Below are positions 51,801-60,800 of a DNA stretch of 64,000 nt, in pieces. The first letter of the stretch is position 1. Each line of letters opens with the position of its first letter. The notes beneath the pieces were generated by a model. The model saw nothing but the letters and a program-made list of their open reading frames with translations. It was not told the origin of the DNA and searched no databases. Location of the stretch: assembly GCF_036588685.1 (NCBI RefSeq), contig NC_086381.1:16926001-16990000 (forward strand), given 5' to 3'. The DNA is from Mytilus trossulus. Its lineage: Eukaryota. A program made the translations under genes and the position numbers.

Positions 51801-54800
51801 TACCACATCTTAAGGCTGATGTGAAGCTACAAGGAATGTTGAATCAAATACAAAAATTGTAAAACAAGACAGTATAATCACCAATAACATCATTAAAAAT
51901 TATGAATAGCTGGGCAATATACACATATTATGTCTGACATCTCTTATGAATACTTGTATAGTCCTCAAACTCTATAAAGGTGAAAGTTATCCATAAATTG
52001 AAAATAATTGAGCTTGTGAAATCTAGACTGTCATTAACATGATGGGAATTTAGAGAAAAAAGTGTTTGTGCAATACACTTCATCAACAGTCTATGCATTT
52101 ATACATTTCTTGTAAATGCATCATTTTAACTAAAACTCTTAACGTATGAATAGGAAATAAAAAAAAAAACAATTTCAAATTCTAGATTGTGTGTTAAATT
52201 TAGGGAATATTCAAAGAAAATATGTTAGTATTCATGATTTGAATTGTCACTAAAGTCTCAAAAAACAATTTGCAACTATAAGAAAACACAGTATTAAGTA
52301 AATTTTACTTATATAGCTTAAAGCTGATAAATTACTTTCATTTCATTTTGAACCAGTGATTATGCCATATCACTACATTAAAAACTTGCATTGATCTGTG
52401 TTTGATAAAAGGACTTAAAAATTCTGTTTCAATGACAACTCACGCAAAGTTATGAAGTGTTCCACCACAATCTGTTTGACCTTCTGCTCCATAACCAGAG
52501 TTATCCACAGGAAAGAAGGAGCTAGTGTAATATCTAATAAAAGAAAATTATATATTCTGCTATATCAGCATTAATTCTGATACTTAAAAGAACTATCCCC
52601 AAAAAAATGAAAACCCAAATGGTTCACTATGTCAGATAGGTAAACTATTTTTAAAATCTTTGAGTATTATGCTACCATGGAGACAAGCTGTAACAGTTTT
52701 TGCACACACACACACACATCATTTCAAATAATGAAAACATAAACAGATTATGATAACACATGACTTCATTGTTCTGCATTTCTTTTTCTACTGGACAAAA
52801 CTTTGAAAACATAAAAACTAATAAAAAAAGGTTGAATCTTAATTTTCAACAACTGAGATAGATCTATCCATAGATAGAAAAAGACCTAAGGCAAATGCAT
52901 ATCTTATTGCAGTTTCAATTTTTTTATGAAAAGTCTGTGAACCCTATAAAACAGACCAAAATTCATCTTCTTTTTTCGATTTGAAAATTCTCAAATATGT
53001 TAAAGTCTAATACATGTATATGTGCCATTGCATTAGGTAGAATTCTTTCTGACGCACCTGAAATGTGAATCTAAAGGTGAAATACAGGCAGAAATTAAAA
53101 AAATGGTGTACACGAATTTTAAAGTTTGTGTATCTCTTACCTTCTAACATCTGAAGTAATAATACTGTCATCGTAAGATAGAGTTATTCCCCCTTGAACT
53201 ACAACATTAGATGATGCTGATCTAAACCATTCAGAGAATGTATCTACAGTTGGATCACTGGAAATAGACAGCCAGGAACCCAGTGGACTGGTCACTTGGA
53301 ATGGACTAACGGACAATATTCCGCTTGTAGAGCTGAAATCATCATATCCTGCACTAAAATCGTAAAATGTCATGTCCATGTTGATGTCCTTTGTGTTTGT
53401 TGTAACGTTGTTTTCTGTTGTTTCATTTCCTATCAAAATAAGTTGGTAAAATAAATCTATCATATAATTTTCTATGCTCATTTCAACATATATAGGTAGA
53501 AGTCATATTTGTCAGCATTTCATACCTTGCTTACGATTGGTATAATAATATTGACGGGTAAAGCATACCATTTTTAAATGAGCGTAGAGCTTATCATGAA
53601 AGATTTCTTGTTTAGATCTGATTTTCCTATATACAGTTTAGATAAAAACAAAATTGTACATTTTTCGTGTTTGTCATATGAAACGAGAGACCAAGGAAAA
53701 AAAATGAAAATCCAATTCTTAAACCAATGCATACATATATCAAAAACTTGGTCTTCTGTGCACGAATTTATCCTTTTTTAACATAAATTTTGAATAATCG
53801 TCAATTTTTTGGTGAAATATTGCAGGCATTTAAAGTTCGTGTTTTAAAGCAGAAATTGTAAACAATCCACAAAGATGCATGGATATTGCGCACGTGTTTA
53901 ACATGTACAATCAAATAATAGCTTTTTTTCAAATTCATATGTATTGCGATCACTGGATTTTTATGAGAGGGTCACGCTAAGGTCACTTAACATACGGAAA
54001 GTATGTCGTCGAACTGTTTCCTGGAAGCAAGAAATTATAAAAAGGAACATTCTTTTGAATATTAAAAACAAATCTTTAAAAAAAATATATATGTACATAT
54101 GTTAAAAAATGAAAACTATCCATTTTCTTATAAAAAAAATATATGCTTCTTTTTTTTTAATTTGAGGTTTAATGTTCAATATGACTTTAATCACAGAGAA
54201 TAATTAAAACAACCTATTACAGAAATTATTGTTTGTTTTTTTATAAATGGAAATAATGAGACTGAGTTGGTTTTAATATTAAGAACTTGTATCATGCAAA
54301 AAATAATGCATATATCTGTACATTTTTCTGCAAAAGAAATAATTGATCTTGTATTTTTTGTCCATCCTTGTGAGTCTTACGTAGACGAAACGCGCGTCTG
54401 GCGAACTACATTATAATCCTGGAACCTTTGAACACTATCAACGCCACTGGGTCGATGCCACTGCTGGTGGACGTTTCGTCCTCGAGGGTATCACAAGCCT
54501 AGTAGTCAGCACTTCTGTGTTGACATACATATCAATTATATAGTCTTTATTTAATAAATTACCTGTTACAAAACATTTGAATTTTTCGAAAAACTAAGGA
54601 TTTTCTTATCCAAGGAATAGATTACCTTAGCCGTAGTTGGAACAACTTTTGGAATTTCCTAAAATGTTTTAATAATAAATACACGCAATATTTATTTGAA
54701 ATTTACAATAATTGTGTTAGTTACTTACTAGTTCCTGCAATGACAGAAGCTTGGGTAAATATCAGTGTCGGTACACTCTTAGCACTGGTATATGTGTCTA

Positions 54801-57800
54801 CTGTCAACTGAATAACACATTCATATAAAGTCAGGGGAAGTAACCCATCCTCATCACTAAACGACACAGATGTAGTATGATCAGTTGATTTTTTACAATT
54901 TGGGTCAATAGTGCTACATTCAGTTATATGGTTATAAGTGGTATCAGCAGCTGTTGAGGTATAAGTGGTATCAGCAGCTGTTGAGGTATAAGTGGTATCA
55001 GCAGCTGTTGATGTATAAGTGGTATCATCAGCTGTTGAGGTACTTGATGTGACTGTTGTGGTGTCTGCAGTTGTATTGCAGGGTGTATCAATAATGCATT
55101 CTGAGAAATCTAATACAATTGTCTGTATTTTTGTGAGAGTTGCAGCAGTGTTACTGGTACATATCACTAAATATTCCCTAAAACACAAATTTTATAGTAA
55201 AAATACATTACTGAAATAAGTTTTTCTAAAGAACTCTTTACACTTCTATAACATTTGAGCTAACAAATCAAAGAAATCAATTGTTAGGTATATTTGGAAG
55301 GGGAACTGATATTTATGTTGGTATTGATAAGATGCTTGCTTCATGACATTCTATAATTCACTATTACTTCTTTAAAATACGATTTTAATTGCTATATGCA
55401 TGTCTTGAACAACAATTTTTTCCCGCTAAAACAAAAAATAACTTCTTTTAAAGTTTATAGAAAACTTTAGAATTGCCTGCTGAATCTTCACCCCTGCTTC
55501 CAAACTTTATTCTATCATTATATAATTTGCAAATTTAAGATTCAAAACTTTAACCAGGTCAATAACACAAATCCTATTTAGTTATACTAACCATGTTTCA
55601 ATATTGTTCGTCACTTTTTCCGCTGCTACAATTGCATCATTACTAGTATTAAATAGATAATACAAGTATGATGGTCTGGACCATGTTATAGTTATATTTG
55701 TACTTGATACTACTGTGCCTTTAATATTTTCACCACCTGAAAATAAAGTAAAATAGTTATCAAAGATATTTTTTTAAAACATGACGAAACTATAATATTT
55801 TCTAGATAAAATTTAAAAAAAAACCACACGTAGGCAAATAGCTCCTGCAGTCAAATTTTCAACAGGCACTTCAACTTCAATTGTGATTATCAAACTGTTG
55901 AAAGTAATAAACATTTTCAAAATAGTATGACCTATCGCCTTTTTTAAAAGATCCTGACTCATGTCAATAGAAAATTATTTAGAAAAAAAACCTAGAAAAT
56001 AGCCCTTTTACATAGTTGAGAAAAAGTCAAATTAAAAACTTTGAACTATACGTGTCATTTAATTTGTTAATCTGTTCGAAATTGTTCTAAAAAAAACTCC
56101 ATGAAAGGAATTGACTTACTACACTGGAACAATGCCACATCTTTCTTAGTGAAGTGGTCAGGACTGCTGGATTGTGAGGAGGCAAACAGAACCCCTTGTA
56201 ATGCTGTAGGACTGTAACACATGGTATTGGCAGATAGGCCACCCTTTACATTGTACAAACTTTCCACTGTTGAACACTCACAACCAAGAAAATTATTGTC
56301 TAAATTCCTATAGGAAATATTTAACATATAAACTTTTTGATAAATGAATAAAAATTTAGTTTCTTGCTTCTTAGTTGTCATATGAGTTCATTGTTAGATA
56401 TTGTATATATAGAATCAGATTGGTCAAAGAGACTTGATTTCATTATTCGCCTAGACCACTTGAAATTAAATTGGTATTTCCACAGATAATGATAAAAAAT
56501 GTTGCTGATGGGACAATATGAGTAGATAAGTTAACCAGGTCATGTGTTTTTCAAAGTGTTAATAATATATAAACAACAAATCTGTTAGATGTGTATTGAT
56601 TGTTACTTAAGTCTTGGATGTAAACTAAAACAGTTTGTACACTTATACTTATACATTTATCAAGTGTGCACACTTATACCAACACATTTGTCAATCAATG
56701 TGCACACTAATACATACACACTTCCTCCAAGATTGAGGACTCCTATTGCCTCAATCCTATTATCTGCCAAGTCAAGGGTTCTGATGGCTGGTAGTATGAC
56801 AGATGGGAAGTATGGTATGACATTTTGTCCTAAATCCAATGTCTGTAAAGAAGTCAGTCCAGTAAATGATCCTTCTTCTATATATTGGATCTGGTTCTCA
56901 TGGAAATCACTAAAAATTTAGTTCACCATAATTACAAATTTCTAAGCAAAACTTTATAGAACACTGTAATATTCGTTTTGATTGGATATGCAATAAATTT
57001 CAGGAAGATCAAATTCCTGATGTACGGTAATCTATCTAAAAAGTCATGAAACTTTTTTTTAAATGTTTCCTTCAACTTGTATTCAAATTCAGATAAAAAT
57101 ATACGTCGGTGTTAATGTTCATCCAGCTATTTCTCAGGTACAGTTCATACAGTTACTGCTATACATGCCAATGGCGTACAAGGGCAGTAAGTATTTCAGT
57201 AAGTTCATGCTTGCCAACTTACTGAAATCCGGCTCCATGCATAATTTAAAGCACAGTCAATAGGACCTAATGCATGTCATTAGTGTACATAATTAGAACA
57301 TCACTGTTTTAGAATGTTAAATTAAATGTTTTGCTCCTTTGAATGCTTTTCTAAAAGTAAAAAGTCTTATCAATTGAATGTTATATGACTCAGATCAACA
57401 CCTCCAAGGAGAAAGTAGATTTTTTGAAAACACATTCCTAATATTTATTTTTTTATACAAGCTTTTGTAAGGTTGTAAGACAATTATGTAGAGACAAACA
57501 TTACAACTTGGGATTAGTAGTTTAAGCTCATGTTTTAATTTTTGTTTCGACACTTTTAACATGTAAGAACCAAAGACTGAAGAGAAAGACAACGCGATTA
57601 CATGAAGAACGCATAGTGTCATCATATTTAGAAGTATTTCACTAAAATATTATCCTGCTTTTTTTCTTTTTTAAAATCACCCATTTGCGGTGATCACTGA
57701 TGGAAAGAATAGAAGAGAAAGATAGGAGTAAAATATATCTTTTGAACACATTTTACTCATTCAAAATAGGGATCACTTGTGCATAAACATATATTTTCAA

Positions 57801-60800
57801 ATAATATTCGCAGGTATCGTGATGAACAAGCAAGAAAGAAATGATCAATCACTATTGCATTAAATTTAGCAAGATCATTGTTGTTTTTTCCCTGTTTATT
57901 CTTGTCTCCAAGGACTAAAGGGATTTAATGCTAAACTGTAACGACCATTTATAAATTTTATCATGTGACTAAAAATACCATTACTACTCTATTTCAACAC
58001 ATTCAGATATATGTATTATATTTTCCTATGTAATAAATAAAGTCAACAGTAGTATATCATTGCTCAAAAGTTATAAATCGATTGAGAGAAAACAAACTAA
58101 AACACACCAACTATAAGAGGGAAACAACGAACCAACAGAAACACTGAAGTGCAACTTAATACAGGACATTTTTAGAAAAATGGTGGTTTAACCTTGTTTT
58201 GTGGCTAGACAAATCTCGCGCATTTATTACAACGTTTAATATATCACTAAAATAACATTATTACTTGACAGGAATAATGAACAAATAAACCAGTAATAAT
58301 TTATGTACACTGTTTAAGTTGATTCTTGTTAAGATGTTTTTCCGATATTTTTACTTTGTTGTTGCATTTATTATACTCTGTTGTTTCGTGTGATTCCGTT
58401 TAATCTCTGAATTCAAAACTATCATGTTGAAGGGTTCTCGGTAGTAATTTTAAAACATTGTATCTGTATTTCTCTTATTTGGGGATATTTTGTTAATAGA
58501 ATTTTGATATACCAAATATTTTTCAGTTTTAAATATTTAAGATTAGTTTGGCGCATTGTACATGCATGTTTTCAACAACAAACATCAACAAACTAATTTT
58601 TTTACAAATTATTGCTCATTATTCATTGAGAAAATTATCCAGTATTCTAATATATGTATAAATATCTTTCACTGACTGTTATAACACAATAACATAGGGA
58701 ATAAACAAAACATTTTAAAATTTGGACATGTGTGCATATCGTTTATTGTTTCGTGTAAATTGTTTCGAGTAAGTCAATAGAAATTGTAACTTAAATTAAA
58801 TTATATTTTTGAATGTGACAATAACAATCAAAACCAAGGAGTAAAACAAAGGACATTTACATCAACAGTTATAAATAATAATTAAGAAACAACACGAATT
58901 CCACTTAAAACCGGGAGTGAAATCATGTGCTCCGGAAGGGTTAGCATTTCTTGCGCCTTATATTGCACCCGTCGTGTTATTTCTTTGTTCAGTTCTGTAA
59001 TGATGAAAGGTTATTATGACTGAGGAAGAATATCAGATATGATTTCTGGCACACTTTTATGATTATAACACTGTTTTACAAGTAAAAATGATCCTGATTG
59101 CATTATGTTTACATATTTTGCATTTTTGATGTTTCTTTGCTAAAATATGCCTCTATATTCAATCCTTAATCATTCATCAGTGAGCCATAATGATAAAACA
59201 TAATGAACAGAATAATTTTAGAAAGTGTCGAATATATACATCAAAAATTATTTACAGGTACATGTATACTATGTTAGTCCAATGTATTAAGACAGATGTG
59301 TAAAACAGTGTCATTGTAGATATTTAATTATGTAACACAATATATTTTTACTGGTCAATTTAGATTGCCATTTCAGTGGTGTTGATTGCAATTCTTACTG
59401 CCACCTATGTCTGTTTGTAAATATATTGATATATTGTATCAGTTCTGTTTCTTGCACAAGGATAGAATTGGAACAACAGCATTTCAAAAATTAGTGGAAA
59501 TCTACATCTTATTTCAATACACATCTTGCTTAATGTTGTTTTCGATATCTGATATACAAGCTTTGATACTGATGGAATACTGTCATAACTTTTAATATTT
59601 GATTACTTGTGATTAAATAAGAAAACGCTCGTACCAAGTAAGTAGTATGGCAGTTGATATCCATTCATTAAGTGTTTTTCAACTTTTAAATTTGCCATTC
59701 GATCATGAACTTTTCTTTTTGAATTTACCTCCGAGATTAGTATTTTTGTGATTTTACTTTGAAACAATTTTTCTCTTTTATTTCTAAATATCTAATAAAC
59801 ATGTTTAACGAATTTATAAAATTGAATTTTCGAAGGATCTATATGCAAGTGTATACTAGTATCTAAAATACAGTAGCTGTTAGACCAATGTTTTCTTATT
59901 TTCAGGAAAGAAATTGGCAGAAGATGATTAAAATGGAGTATAAAAATGTATATGAATATCAATAGGAATAAACAAAAATCTATTCGATCGTACTTTATAT
60001 CATGTTACTGGTTCTACTGAAGAGTCACCAGTAAATTTAATTTATAACAAACCAATTTGAGCAATAATTAAATCAGAAAAAAGGCTTTTTATAGTTGAAT
60101 TAATAATTTCTATGCATCTTTTACCATATAAATTAAACTAAAACTTCGACTAGTGAAACAATCAATTAGCATTACTGATATAAAATAAACTAATATATTT
60201 TCAGGCTGATTCGGATGGTATATTGGTTTCATTGTGGAAGATCTTCTCCTCTAGAAATGTATATAGGCATATTGAAACTTGACCAACTGATGCAATGTGT
60301 TGGCCAAAAGGTTGAATTAGCAGTCAAAAGGTTTTAAAGTTGAGAGAGAGAAATTGTTGTTCACAAAAGCATAGAAGTAACTTAGTATGAAACACAGCTT
60401 CTAGAAGTGATGACAATAATCGGGGCAGATTGTGCTACATTTTCAAAGTGCAATTAAGGTAACAAAGGAAAAAGTGAAATGTTTGCCACTAAAATTTAGG
60501 AAATACAGCTATCAAAACATTCCTATAGTAATTCAAACAGTTATAAGCTTTTAAACATATTTTACTCCTTTCGTATTAACACGTTTGTAAACACCAGTTG
60601 GTATATGTGTACCACTACTACTTAAACAGTTGGTAATTTATTAGTAGATGGAGTGAGAAGACAAGTAGATTTTTGTGTTACAATAGTATTTACACATAGG
60701 AAAAGAAAATGTGGTATAATTGCCAATGAGACAGCTCTCTACAAGAAACCAAATCACACTGACATTAGAAATTAACAAATATAGATAACCGTATTACCTT

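Noticed and set aside
50476-53429. Bacterial contamination or recent horizontal transfer as the source of the fibro-slime segment
   Set aside because: It is split by spliceosomal introns in phase with flanking animal exons and matches local base composition.
57000-60500. Additional LRR exons in the long intron
   Set aside because: I found no open AG/GT-bounded LRR frame; the listed short ORFs look like AT-rich noise.
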